From Mobula hypostoma (Eukaryota), in contig NC_086108.1 in the NCBI RefSeq assembly GCF_963921235.1, positions 12,524,001 to 12,588,000 on the forward strand: a stretch of DNA of 64,000 nt. The letters are read 5' to 3'. Below the pieces are notes generated by a model, which did no database searches, was not told the origin of the DNA, and worked only from the letters and a program-made list of their open reading frames with translations. This document shows, piece by piece, positions 35,854 to 46,900 of this stretch. Made by a program: the position numbers and the translations under genes. Position 1 is the first letter of the stretch. Every line of letters starts with the position of its first letter.

Positions 35854-38739
35854 TTAATAATCCCTTAGACCAGGCTCCAACTCAGCAAACTTCATAGTGG
35901 CCAAAAACACTGATGAATTGCGACCAATGTAACCTCTCATTTGGTTTTGTCCCGGACCACAACAACAAGGGTCGTCCCATTCCGACTCAATTTTCTCTCG
36001 CAAGGGCTTAGTAGGAGGGGGACGGGTATTGACCGCAGAGTTATTGCAAAACTTCCTGCAGTACCCCACCATCTCCAAGAGCCTTCTGAGGGCCCTCTTG
36101 TCTGTCGGGGTTGGGAGGTCAGCGATAGCCTGCACTGCAGCTTGCATCACTGCCAGCTGCCCCTGTGTCACCACAATTCCCAGGTAAGTGACTCTCGTGT
36201 GGCCGAATTCATTTTTTCCAAGGCTCACTATCACGCTGGCTTCAGACAGCCGTGTTAAATTGCCAATACACACCTCTGTGTTCATCAGCCCTTTAGTCAC
36301 TGAATTACTCAAAAAATATGGGTGTTGTTTGCTTGGCTGCCCTATTGTAACCGACATAACCCAACGTCCCAGTTCTTTGCATTTCCTCGGGACAATCAAA
36401 CACATGGGTGCGAGTCGTTTAATTACTCCTTCGGGGATTAAGGGAGAGACCTTATCAGTAGACCTGGTCAAAACAATAGCCTTCTCCCATCTGACCGATC
36501 CCATCCTAATCTTTTCAAAATGGTTTTTTCCTCTTATCAAGGGGCCCCTAGCTTCATTGATTTCCACGCTAACACCGACTAGGTTCGTTAGCATATCAAA
36601 AGCCGGTGACCGTCTCAGTTCGCGTCGGTCATGATCAATAACATTCTTCCCCCTGGGCAGCCGGTAAATCTCTTTCATGATTCCACCAACTGTTTCCTCC
36701 AGCACCGCAAAATGTCCACCGGGGGGTACCTCGTGGGCCATGTTAAAAACCTCATCCCCATAACTCTTTTGCACCACCCCCCACTCCTCATCTGCGGATG
36801 CTGTACTTGATTTCCCTTTCTTCCTTAGCACTTCCTCATCCGCACAATAGCCTACTAGTTCCCTTGTCAAGGCTGTGTCAGAGAGAGCTGTCTCGGCCAA
36901 AACCATCAGCCCCTCGTCTCGCTCCTGCGTCTGCACAAATTCTTTCCTGGCTACTGCTACGTCCGTCCCAGCTCCCTCACTACCTCTTATCTCACTACAC
37001 CCTGTCTCATACAAGGTTGGCAGAAATGTTTCAGCCAAATTCACCATCGCGGGCGGGGCCTCCATGCTGGCAGGCTGACCCGTCAATCTCACGACTGGGA
37101 ACACGATTCCTCCGGCGATGTCATTACCGAGCAAGACTTCCACGTCTTTCATCGGTAATTCGGACCTCACCCCGATCGTGACTAGTCCAGAGACCAGGTT
37201 GCTCTGTAAATGTATCTGGTGCAAAGGGACTGACTCTGTCCCTTCCCCAACACCTTTGACCTCTACCTCCCCAGTCTGGGTCTCTGAGCTAAACTCTAAT
37301 ACACTCTTCAGTATTAGTGACTGACACGCTCCCGTGTCTCTCCAGATCCGCACTGGAACTGGTTTTAACCTCTTTTTCACTGACACCAGTCCGGCCGAGA
37401 TAAACCTCTCGCGCCCTTCCTGGACTTTTTCAGACCTGTCCTTCCCTAGCGGTTCGCTTAACAGCTCAATACAGCCATTCCAAATTTCCGCTTTTCCTTT
37501 CCCCGTCTCCTTTCTTGGGGCAAAGCACCTGGACGCAAAGTGTCCGACTTTCCCACAATTATAACAGACGACCCCAGGAGACCTCCTACCAGGCTGCTCC
37601 CGGTCTACCTTATCCTTTTCACTAGTCCCCGGCTTACTTTCTGACTTTTCCGGCGGACTCTCCCCGCCGTCCTGACTACCCTTCTGGTAGCCTTTACTCG
37701 GGGCAACCTTCATTTTATGCGTCAACGCATACTCATCCGCTAACTTAGCAGTTGCGGCTAACGTGGCTGCCTCTTTCTCATCGAGGTAGGGTCTCATACC
37801 CTCAGGGACACAACCTTTAAACTGCTCAATCAGAATCAGCTGCAGCAGTCTGTCATAATCCCCCTCTACCCCTTTCGAGGCGCACCAACGCTCACAATAT
37901 GTTTGCATCTCACGAGCAAACTCCAAATACGTGCGGTCCCACCGCTTCCTCGCATTCCGGAACCTCTGCCGGTATGCCTCCGGGACCAACTCATAAATCC
38001 TGAGGATGGCCTCCTTCACCACCTCATACTTCTGGGCATCTTCCGCGGATAAGGCGGAGTAAGCTTGTTGGGCCTTCCCTTTCAGTACACACTGAAGTAA
38101 GACAACCCACTTATCCCTCGGCCATTCCTGACTTATAGCTACTTTTTCGAAGTGGAGAAAGTACCGATCCACATCGGTATCGTCAAATGGGGGAACCAGC
38201 CTAACCTCCTGGGTCGCCCGGAACCCTCCACCTTGGTTCGGCACGAGCCCCTGCTCGGCCCTTATCTTTAACTTCTCCAGCTCAAATTCCCTTTCCCTCT
38301 GTCTCTCTTCTCTCTCCAACTGTCTGTCCCTCTCTCTCTCTTCTCTCTCCAACTGTCTTTCTCTCTCTTGCCTTTCTACCTCTTTCTCTCTCTCCCGCCT
38401 TTCTAACTCTCTCTCTTTCTCCTGCCTTTCTAACTCTCTCTCTTTCTCCTGCCTTTCTAACTTTCGTACCCGGAACTCGTGCTCGAGTCTCAGTTTTTCA
38501 AGCTGTACCTGTACCGCGTCTCCAGCAGGTTTTTCAATAGACACCTCCCCCAGCTCACCTTGGGGAAACACACCTTTAGATACATAGTGCTCTACAATAG
38601 CTCTGTGTATCTCCTCTCTCCTCATTGTCGACTTCACCTTGGCAAGATTCACCCGTTTGGCCACAGCTATCAATTCCGATTTCCTGGCATCCTCTAATGC
38701 CTCCAAGGTCGGCGCCTTTATAAATTCCTCAACCTCCAT
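35854..38739 (-). CDS. Gag-protease polyprotein with vestigial IN/RT tail, unit 3 (961 aa)
   Basis: Same protein as unit 2; its PBS has a 2-nt insertion. Confidence 0.9.
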   Translation of the reverse strand: MEVEEFIKAPTLEALEDARKSELIAVAKRVNLAKVKSTMRREEIHRAIVEHYVSKGVFPQGELGEVSIEKPAGDAVQVQLEKLRLEHEFRVRKLERQEKERELERQEKERELERREREKEVERQERERQLEREERERDRQLEREERQREREFELEKLKIRAEQGLVPNQGGGFRATQEVRLVPPFDDTDVDRYFLHFEKVAISQEWPRDKWVVLLQCVLKGKAQQAYSALSAEDAQKYEVVKEAILRIYELVPEAYRQRFRNARKRWDRTYLEFAREMQTYCERWCASKGVEGDYDRLLQLILIEQFKGCVPEGMRPYLDEKEAATLAATAKLADEYALTHKMKVAPSKGYQKGSQDGGESPPEKSESKPGTSEKDKVDREQPGRRSPGVVCYNCGKVGHFASRCFAPRKETGKGKAEIWNGCIELLSEPLGKDRSEKVQEGRERFISAGLVSVKKRLKPVPVRIWRDTGACQSLILKSVLEFSSETQTGEVEVKGVGEGTESVPLHQIHLQSNLVSGLVTIGVRSELPMKDVEVLLGNDIAGGIVFPVVRLTGQPASMEAPPAMVNLAETFLPTLYETGCSEIRGSEGAGTDVAVARKEFVQTQERDEGLMVLAETALSDTALTRELVGYCADEEVLRKKGKSSTASADEEWGVVQKSYGDEVFNMAHEVPPGGHFAVLEETVGGIMKEIYRLPRGKNVIDHDRRELRRSPAFDMLTNLVGVSVEINEARGPLIRGKNHFEKIRMGSVRWEKAIVLTRSTDKVSPLIPEGVIKRLAPMCLIVPRKCKELGRWVMSVTIGQPSKQHPYFLSNSVTKGLMNTEVCIGNLTRLSEASVIVSLGKNEFGHTRVTYLGIVVTQGQLAVMQAAVQAIADLPTPTDKRALRRLLEMVGYCRKFCNNSAVNTRPPPTKPLREKIESEWDDPCCCGPGQNQMRGYIGRNSSVFLATMKFAELEPGLRDY

Positions 38740-38839
38740 TTCTGCTGTTTGTCTTTTCTTTCTTTCGGGAATTTTAACCCAATCAATTTACTCCGTCCCA
38801 AATTTAGCGTTCAAAATCCCGGACATGAGCCCCCACTTA

Positions 38840-39700
38840 TGTTACGTACCCCGTAACTGGGTTGCCAAACCAGCAGAAATGGATCACTCAGTTGGAGTCT
38901 GGAGTACTAGAACTAAGAAAGTTTTATTAAAGAAACAAGCAACACATTAATCGAAAGGATAATAAATGCAACAATTCAACAATGATAACCACACATGTGC
39001 ACAGAATTAAGATAACAGCATCAATCAAGCTCTATCGTTGTCTAGGGGTTAAATGACCAATTTCAAAATGACTCAAAGTTCAGTCCAGTTTGTAGTTCAG
39101 TTCGCAGTAATCGTTGCCATGGCGGTGGACAACGTGGGGGAAGAGAGACATAGAATAGGAACAACTCATCATTCAGCACAGCTTCACTCACAGACCAGCG
39201 GGATGGCTCACAGACCAGCTTTTGGGCAGGTCCTTGGTGATGTCACCTGAGGTCACCGACTGTGACCCCTCCTCCAGATGCGGTCGATCCTCTGCAGTGA
39301 ACCCGGCACCCAGGCAAGGGCGGACACACACCGGGTTCCCGCTGATCGTACCTTTCCACCCTTGTCGTTGTCTGGGACTTCTCACCCACTCGTGAGAAGC
39401 GCACCGCTTCCAGGGTCTCGTTACCTCGGGTGGCGTGTGTGTCTGTCTTAGCGAACCTGTCCCTTTTTATCCCCCTGCTGGGGTATCGCCTGTCCATCAC
39501 TTCAAACAGTTCAGGGCTCAAAGGGGGGAGCCGCTCCAGACAGCTCTTCCTCCCACATCCCTTCATTACACATCTCCAGACGCTGCTCCATTGTTCCTTA
39601 TCTCTCCTTCCCCTGAGGGCAGGTGGCAGACCAACTGCTGATGCCACTGATGCTAGCCCAGGCCAGCAAACATCTTAATTTTATGTGTATTCTCGTAACA
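38840..39700 (-). repeat. LTR 4 (shared)
   Basis: Same sequence as LTR 1. Confidence 0.95.
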
Positions 39701-39872
39701 CTTCCCCCCTTTAAGGATTTTTACCGGGAGGTAAAAATTACAAACATGACTACATTATCTGATACATACACAATATACATCTTTAACAGTTATTTAGCTA
39801 ATACAGAGAATTTGAAATTGTCAACACCTTGACAGACAGTCATCACATTTTCTGTTCCTTTTACACGTGTTA

Positions 39873-42785
39873 TTAATAATCCCTTAGACCAGGCTCCAAC
39901 TCAGCAAACTTCATAGTGGCCAAAAACACTGATGAATTGCGACCAATGTAACCTCTCATTTGGTTTTGTCCCGGACCACAACAACAAGGGTCGTCCCATT
40001 CCGACTCAATTTTCTCTCGCAAGGGCTTAGTAGGAGGGGGACGGGTATTGACCGCAGAGTTATTGCAAAACTTCCTGCAGTACCCCACCATCTCCAAGAG
40101 CCTTCTGAGGGCCCTCTTGTCTGTCGGGGTTGGGAGGTCAGCGATAGCCTGCACTGCAGCTTGCATCACTGCCAGCTGCCCCTGTGTCACCACAATTCCC
40201 AGGTAAGTGACTCTCGTGTGGCCGAATTCATTTTTTCCAAGGCTCACTATCACGCTGGCTTCAGACAGCCGTGTTAAATTGCCAATACACACCTCTGTGT
40301 TCATCAGCCCTTTAGTCACTGAATTACTCAAAAAATATGGGTGTTGTTTGCTTGGCTGCCCTATTGTAACCGACATAACCCAACGTCCCAGTTCTTTGCA
40401 TTTCCTCGGGACAATCAAACACATGGGTGCGAGTCGTTTAATTACTCCTTCGGGGATTAAGGGAGAGACCTTATCAGTAGACCTGGTCAAAACAATAGCC
40501 TTCTCCCATCTGACCGATCCCATCCTAATCTTTTCAAAATGGTTTTTTCCTCTTATCAAGGGGCCCCTAGCTTCATTGATTTCCACGCTAACACCGACTA
40601 GGTTCGTTAGCATATCAAAAGCCGGTGACCGTCTCAGTTCGCGTCGGTCATGATCAATAACATTCTTCCCCCTGGGCAGCCGGTAAATCTCTTTCATGAT
40701 TCCACCAACTGTTTCCTCCAGCACCGCAAAATGTCCACCGGGGGGTACCTCGTGGGCCATGTTAAAAACCTCATCCCCATAACTCTTTTGCACCACCCCC
40801 CACTCCTCATCTGCGGATGCTGTACTTGATTTCCCTTTCTTCCTTAGCACTTCCTCATCCGCACAATAGCCTACTAGTTCCCTTGTCAAGGCTGTGTCAG
40901 AGAGAGCTGTCTCGGCCAAAACCATCAGCCCCTCGTCTCGCTCCTGCGTCTGCACAAATTCTTTCCTGGCTACTGCTACGTCCGTCCCAGCTCCCTCACT
41001 ACCTCTTATCTCACTACACCCTGTCTCATACAAGGTTGGCAGAAATGTTTCAGCCAAATTCACCATCGCGGGCGGGGCCTCCATGCTGGCAGGCTGACCC
41101 GTCAATCTCACGACTGGGAACACGATTCCTCCGGCGATGTCATTACCGAGCAAGACTTCCACGTCTTTCATCGGTAATTCGGACCTCACCCCGATCGTGA
41201 CTAGTCCAGAGACCAGGTTGCTCTGTAAATGTATCTGGTGCAAAGGGACTGACTCTGTCCCTTCCCCAACACCTTTGACCTCTACCTCCCCAGTCTGGGT
41301 CTCTGAGCTAAACTCTAATACACTCTTCAGTATTAGTGACTGACACGCTCCCGTGTCTCTCCAGATCCGCACTGGAACTGGTTTTAACCTCTTTTTCACT
41401 GACACCAGTCCGGCCGAGATAAACCTCTCGCGCCCTTCCTGGACTTTTTCAGACCTGTCCTTCCCTAGCGGTTCGCTTAACAGCTCAATACAGCCATTCC
41501 AAATTTCCGCTTTTCCTTTCCCCGTCTCCTTTCTTGGGGCAAAGCACCTGGACGCAAAGTGTCCGACTTTCCCACAATTATAACAGACGACCCCAGGAGA
41601 CCTCCTACCAGGCTGCTCCCGGTCTACCTTATCCTTTTCACTAGTCCCCGGCTTACTTTCTGACTTTTCCGGCGGACTCTCCCCGCCGTCCTGACTACCC
41701 TTCTGGTAGCCTTTACTCGGGGCAACCTTCATTTTATGCGTCAACGCATACTCATCCGCTAACTTAGCAGTTGCGGCTAACGTGGCTGCCTCTTTCTCAT
41801 CGAGGTAGGGTCTCATACCCTCAGGGACACAACCTTTAAACTGCTCAATCAGAATCAGCTGCAGCAGTCTGTCATAATCCCCCTCTACCCCTTTCGAGGC
41901 GCACCAACGCTCACAATATGTTTGCATCTCACGAGCAAACTCCAAATACGTGCGGTCCCACCGCTTCCTCGCATTCCGGAACCTCTGCCGGTATGCCTCC
42001 GGGACCAACTCATAAATCCTGAGGATGGCCTCCTTCACCACCTCATACTTCTGGGCATCTTCCGCGGATAAGGCGGAGTAAGCTTGTTGGGCCTTCCCTT
42101 TCAGTACACACTGAAGTAAGACAACCCACTTATCCCTCGGCCATTCCTGACTTATAGCTACTTTTTCGAAGTGGAGAAAGTACCGATCCACATCGGTATC
42201 GTCAAATGGGGGAACCAGCCTAACCTCCTGGGTCGCCCGGAACCCTCCACCTTGGTTCGGCACGAGCCCCTGCTCGGCCCTTATCTTTAACTTCTCCAGC
42301 TCAAATTCCCTTTCCCTCTGTCTCTCTTCTCTCTCCAACTGTCTGTCCCTCTCTCTCTCTTCTCTCTCCAACTGTCTTTCTCTCTCTTGCCTTTCTACCT
42401 CTTTCTCTCTCTCCCGCCTTTCTAACTCTCTCTCTTTCTCCTGCCTTTCTAACTCTCTCTCTTTCTCCTGCCTTTCTAACTCTCTCTCTTTCTCCTGCCT
42501 TTCTAACTTTCGTACCCGGAACTCGTGCTCGAGTCTCAGTTTTTCAAGCTGTACCTGTACCGCGTCTCCAGCAGGTTTTTCAATAGACACCTCCCCCAGC
42601 TCACCTTGGGGAAACACACCTTTAGATACATAGTGCTCTACAATAGCTCTGTGTATCTCCTCTCTCCTCATTGTCGACTTCACCTTGGCAAGATTCACCC
42701 GTTTGGCCACAGCTATCAATTCCGATTTCCTGGCATCCTCTAATGCCTCCAAGGTCGGCGCCTTTATAAATTCCTCAACCTCCAT
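39873..42785 (-). CDS. Gag-protease polyprotein with vestigial IN/RT tail, unit 4 (970 aa)
   Basis: Same protein plus one extra 9-aa ERQEKEREL repeat (27-bp in-frame duplication). Confidence 0.9.
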   Translation of the reverse strand: MEVEEFIKAPTLEALEDARKSELIAVAKRVNLAKVKSTMRREEIHRAIVEHYVSKGVFPQGELGEVSIEKPAGDAVQVQLEKLRLEHEFRVRKLERQEKERELERQEKERELERQEKERELERREREKEVERQERERQLEREERERDRQLEREERQREREFELEKLKIRAEQGLVPNQGGGFRATQEVRLVPPFDDTDVDRYFLHFEKVAISQEWPRDKWVVLLQCVLKGKAQQAYSALSAEDAQKYEVVKEAILRIYELVPEAYRQRFRNARKRWDRTYLEFAREMQTYCERWCASKGVEGDYDRLLQLILIEQFKGCVPEGMRPYLDEKEAATLAATAKLADEYALTHKMKVAPSKGYQKGSQDGGESPPEKSESKPGTSEKDKVDREQPGRRSPGVVCYNCGKVGHFASRCFAPRKETGKGKAEIWNGCIELLSEPLGKDRSEKVQEGRERFISAGLVSVKKRLKPVPVRIWRDTGACQSLILKSVLEFSSETQTGEVEVKGVGEGTESVPLHQIHLQSNLVSGLVTIGVRSELPMKDVEVLLGNDIAGGIVFPVVRLTGQPASMEAPPAMVNLAETFLPTLYETGCSEIRGSEGAGTDVAVARKEFVQTQERDEGLMVLAETALSDTALTRELVGYCADEEVLRKKGKSSTASADEEWGVVQKSYGDEVFNMAHEVPPGGHFAVLEETVGGIMKEIYRLPRGKNVIDHDRRELRRSPAFDMLTNLVGVSVEINEARGPLIRGKNHFEKIRMGSVRWEKAIVLTRSTDKVSPLIPEGVIKRLAPMCLIVPRKCKELGRWVMSVTIGQPSKQHPYFLSNSVTKGLMNTEVCIGNLTRLSEASVIVSLGKNEFGHTRVTYLGIVVTQGQLAVMQAAVQAIADLPTPTDKRALRRLLEMVGYCRKFCNNSAVNTRPPPTKPLREKIESEWDDPCCCGPGQNQMRGYIGRNSSVFLATMKFAELEPGLRDY

Positions 42786-42883
42786 TTCTGCTGTTTGTCT
42801 TTTCTTTCTTTCGGGAATTTTAACCCAATCAATTTACTCCGTCCCAAATTTAGCGTTCAAAATCCCGGACGAGCCCCCACTTA

Positions 42884-43744
42884 TGTTACGTACCCCGTAA
42901 CTGGGTTGCCAAACCAGCAGAAATGGATCACTCAGTTGGAGTCTGGAGTACTAGAACTAAGAAAGTTTTATTAAAGAAACAAGCAACACATTAATCGAAA
43001 GGATAATAAATGCAACAATTCAACAATGATAACCACACATGTGCACAGAATTAAGATAACAGCATCAATCAAGCTCTATCGTTGTCTAGGGGTTAAATGA
43101 CCAATTTCAAAATGACTCAAAGTTCAGTCCAGTTTGTAGTTCAGTTCGCAGTAATCGTTGCCATGGCGGTGGACAACGTGGGGGAAGAGAGACATAGAAT
43201 AGGAACAACTCATCATTCAGCACAGCTTCACTCACAGACCAGCGGGATGGCTCACAGACCAGCTTTTGGGCAGGTCCTTGGTGATGTCACCTGAGGTCAC
43301 CGACTGTGACCCCTCCTCCAGATGCGGTCGATCCTCTGCAGTGAACCCGGCACCCAGGCAAGGGCGGACACACACCGGGTTCCCGCTGATCGTACCTTTC
43401 CACCCTTGTCGTTGTCTGGGACTTCTCACCCACTCGTGAGAAGCGCACCGCTTCCAGGGTCTCGTTACCTCGGGTGGCGTGTGTGTCTGTCTTAGCGAAC
43501 CTGTCCCTTTTTATCCCCCTGCTGGGGTATCGCCTGTCCATCACTTCAAACAGTTCAGGGCTCAAAGGGGGGAGCCGCTCCAGACAGCTCTTCCTCCCAC
43601 ATCCCTTCATTACACATCTCCAGACGCTGCTCCATTGTTCCTTATCTCTCCTTCCCCTGAGGGCAGGTGGCAGACCAACTGCTGATGCCACTGATGCTAG
43701 CCCAGGCCAGCAAACATCTTAATTTTATGTGTATTCTCGTAACA
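42884..43744 (-). repeat. LTR 5 (shared)
   Basis: Same sequence as LTR 1. Confidence 0.95.
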
Positions 43745-43916
43745 CTTCCCCCCTTTAAGGATTTTTACCGGGAGGTAAAAATTACAAACATGACTACATT
43801 ATCTGATACATACACAATATACATCTTTAACAGTTATTTAGCTAATACAGAGAATTTGAAATTGTCAACACCTTGACAGACAGTCATCACATTTTCTGTT
43901 CCTTTTACACGTGTTA

Positions 43917-46802
43917 TTAATAATCCCTTAGACCAGGCTCCAACTCAGCAAACTTCATAGTGGCCAAAAACACTGATGAATTGCGACCAATGTAACCTCT
44001 CATTTGGTTTTGTCCCGGACCACAACAACAAGGGTCGTCCCATTCCGACTCAATTTTCTCTCGCAAGGGCTTAGTAGGAGGGGGACGGGTATTGACCGCA
44101 GAGTTATTGCAAAACTTCCTGCAGTACCCCACCATCTCCAAGAGCCTTCTGAGGGCCCTCTTGTCTGTCGGGGTTGGGAGGTCAGCGATAGCCTGCACTG
44201 CAGCTTGCATCACTGCCAGCTGCCCCTGTGTCACCACAATTCCCAGGTATGTGACTCTCGTGTGGCCGAATTCATTTTTTCCAAGGCTCACTATCACGCT
44301 GGCTTCAGACAGCCGTGTTAAATTGCCAATACACACCTCTGTGTTCATCAGCCCTTTAGTCACTGAATTACTCAAAAAATATGGGTGTTGTTTGCTTGGC
44401 TGCCCTATTGTAACCGACATAACCCAACGTCCCAGTTCTTTGCATTTCCTCGGGACAATCAAACACATGGGTGCGAGTCGTTTAATTACTCCTTCGGGGA
44501 TTAAGGGAGAGACCTTATCAGTAGACCTGGTCAAAACAATAGCCTTCTCCCATCTGACCGATCCCATCCTAATCTTTTCAAAATGGTTTTTTCCTCTTAT
44601 CAAGGGGCCCCTAGCTTCATTGATTTCCACGCTAACACCGACTAGGTTCGTTAGCATATCAAAAGCCGGTGACCGTCTCAGTTCGCGTCGGTCATGATCA
44701 ATAACATTCTTCCCCCTGGGCAGCCGGTAAATCTCTTTCATGATTCCACCAACTGTTTCCTCCAGCACCGCAAAATGTCCACCGGGGGGTACCTCGTGGG
44801 CCATGTTAAAAACCTCATCCCCATAACTCTTTTGCACCACCCCCCACTCCTCATCTGCGGATGCTGTACTTGATTTCCCTTTCTTCCTTAGCACTTCCTC
44901 ATCCGCACAATAGCCTACTAGTTCCCTTGTCAAGGCTGTGTCAGAGAGAGCTGTCTCGGCCAAAACCATCAGCCCCTCGTCTCGCTCCTGCGTCTGCACA
45001 AATTCTTTCCTGGCTACTGCTACATCCGTCCCAGCTCCCTCACTACCTCTTATCTCACTACACCCTGTCTCATACAAGGTTGGCAGAAATGTTTCAGCCA
45101 AATTCACCATCGCGGGCGGGGCCTCCATGCTGGCAGGCTGACCCGTCAATCTCACGACTGGGAACACTATTCCTCCGGCGATGTCATTACCGAGCAAGAC
45201 TTCCACGTCTTTCATCGGTAATTCGGACCTCACCCCGATCGTGACTAGTCCAGAGACCAGGTTGCTCTGTAAATGTATCTGGTGCAAAGGGACTGACTCT
45301 GTCCCTTCCCCAACACCTTTGACCTCTACCTCCCCAGTCTGGGTCTCTGAGCTAAACTCTAATACACTCTTCAGTATTAGTGACTGACACGCTCCCGTGT
45401 CTCTCCAGATCCGCACTGGAACTGGTTTTAACCTCTTTTTCACTGACACCAGTCCGGCCGAGATAAACCTCTCGCGCCCTTCCTGGACTTTTTCAGACCT
45501 GTCCTTCCCTAGCGGTTCGCTTAACAGCTCAATACAGCCATTCCAAATTTCCGCTTTTCCTTTCCCCGTCTCCTTTCTTGGGGCAAAGCACCTGGACGCA
45601 AAGTGTCCGACTTTCCCACAATTATAACAGACGACCCCAGGAGACCTCCTACCAGGCTGCTCCCGGTCTACCTTATCCTTTTCACTAGTCCCCGGCTTAC
45701 TTTCTGACTTTTCCGGCGGACTCTCCCCGCCGTCCTGACTACCCTTCTGGTAGCCTTTACTCGGGGCAACCTTCATTTTATGCGTCAACGCATACTCATC
45801 CGCTAACTTAGCAGTTGCGGCTAACGTGGCTGCCTCTTTCTCATCGAGGTAGGGTCTCATACCCTCAGGGACACAACCTTTAAACTGCTCAATCAGAATC
45901 AGCTGCAGCAGTCTGTCATAATCCCCCTCTACCCCTTTCGAGGCGCACCAACGCTCACAATATGTTTGCATCTCACGAGCAAACTCCAAATACGTGCGGT
46001 CCCACCGCTTCCTCGCATTCCGGAACCTCTGCCGGTATGCCTCCGGGACCAACTCATAAATCCTGAGGATGGCCTCCTTCACCACCTCATACTTCTGGGC
46101 ATCTTCCGCGGATAAGGCGGAGTAAGCTTGTTGGGCCTTCCCTTTCAGTACACACTGAAGTAAGACAACCCACTTATCCCTCGGCCATTCCTGACTTATA
46201 GCTACTTTTTCGAAGTGGAGAAAGTACCGATCCACATCGGTATCGTCAAATGGGGGAACCAGCCTAACCTCCTGGGTCGCCCGGAACCCTCCACCTTGGT
46301 TCGGCACGAGCCCCTGCTCGGCCCTTATCTTTAACTTCTCCAGCTCAAATTCCCTTTCCCTCTGTCTCTCTTCTCTCTCCAACTGTCTGTCCCTCTCTCT
46401 CTCTTCTCTCTCCAACTGTCTTTCTCTCTCTTGCCTTTCTACCTCTTTCTCTCTCTCCCGCCTTTCTAACTCTCTCTCTTTCTCCTGCCTTTCTAACTCT
46501 CTCTCTTTCTCCTGCCTTTCTAACTTTCGTACCCGGAACTCGTGCTCGAGTCTCAGTTTTTCAAGCTGTACCTGTACCGCGTCTCCAGCAGGTTTTTCAA
46601 TAGACACCTCCCCCAGCTCACCTTGGGGAAACACACCTTTAGATACATAGTGCTCTACAATAGCTCTGTGTATCTCCTCTCTCCTCATTGTCGACTTCAC
46701 CTTGGCAAGATTCACCCGTTTGGCCACAGCTATCAATTCCGATTTCCTGGCATCCTCTAATGCCTCCAAGGTCGGCGCCTTTATAAATTCCTCAACCTCC
46801 AT
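43917..46802 (-). CDS. Gag-protease polyprotein with vestigial IN/RT tail, unit 5 (961 aa)
   Basis: Same protein as unit 2 despite three nucleotide substitutions (44250, 45024, 45168). Confidence 0.9.
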   Translation of the reverse strand: MEVEEFIKAPTLEALEDARKSELIAVAKRVNLAKVKSTMRREEIHRAIVEHYVSKGVFPQGELGEVSIEKPAGDAVQVQLEKLRLEHEFRVRKLERQEKERELERQEKERELERREREKEVERQERERQLEREERERDRQLEREERQREREFELEKLKIRAEQGLVPNQGGGFRATQEVRLVPPFDDTDVDRYFLHFEKVAISQEWPRDKWVVLLQCVLKGKAQQAYSALSAEDAQKYEVVKEAILRIYELVPEAYRQRFRNARKRWDRTYLEFAREMQTYCERWCASKGVEGDYDRLLQLILIEQFKGCVPEGMRPYLDEKEAATLAATAKLADEYALTHKMKVAPSKGYQKGSQDGGESPPEKSESKPGTSEKDKVDREQPGRRSPGVVCYNCGKVGHFASRCFAPRKETGKGKAEIWNGCIELLSEPLGKDRSEKVQEGRERFISAGLVSVKKRLKPVPVRIWRDTGACQSLILKSVLEFSSETQTGEVEVKGVGEGTESVPLHQIHLQSNLVSGLVTIGVRSELPMKDVEVLLGNDIAGGIVFPVVRLTGQPASMEAPPAMVNLAETFLPTLYETGCSEIRGSEGAGTDVAVARKEFVQTQERDEGLMVLAETALSDTALTRELVGYCADEEVLRKKGKSSTASADEEWGVVQKSYGDEVFNMAHEVPPGGHFAVLEETVGGIMKEIYRLPRGKNVIDHDRRELRRSPAFDMLTNLVGVSVEINEARGPLIRGKNHFEKIRMGSVRWEKAIVLTRSTDKVSPLIPEGVIKRLAPMCLIVPRKCKELGRWVMSVTIGQPSKQHPYFLSNSVTKGLMNTEVCIGNLTRLSEASVIVSLGKNEFGHTRVTYLGIVVTQGQLAVMQAAVQAIADLPTPTDKRALRRLLEMVGYCRKFCNNSAVNTRPPPTKPLREKIESEWDDPCCCGPGQNQMRGYIGRNSSVFLATMKFAELEPGLRDY

Positions 46803-46900
46803 TTCTGCTGTTTGTCTTTTCTTTCTTTCGGGAATTTTAACCCAATCAATTTACTCCGTCCCAAATTTAGCGTTCAAAATCCCGGACGAGCCCCCACTTA

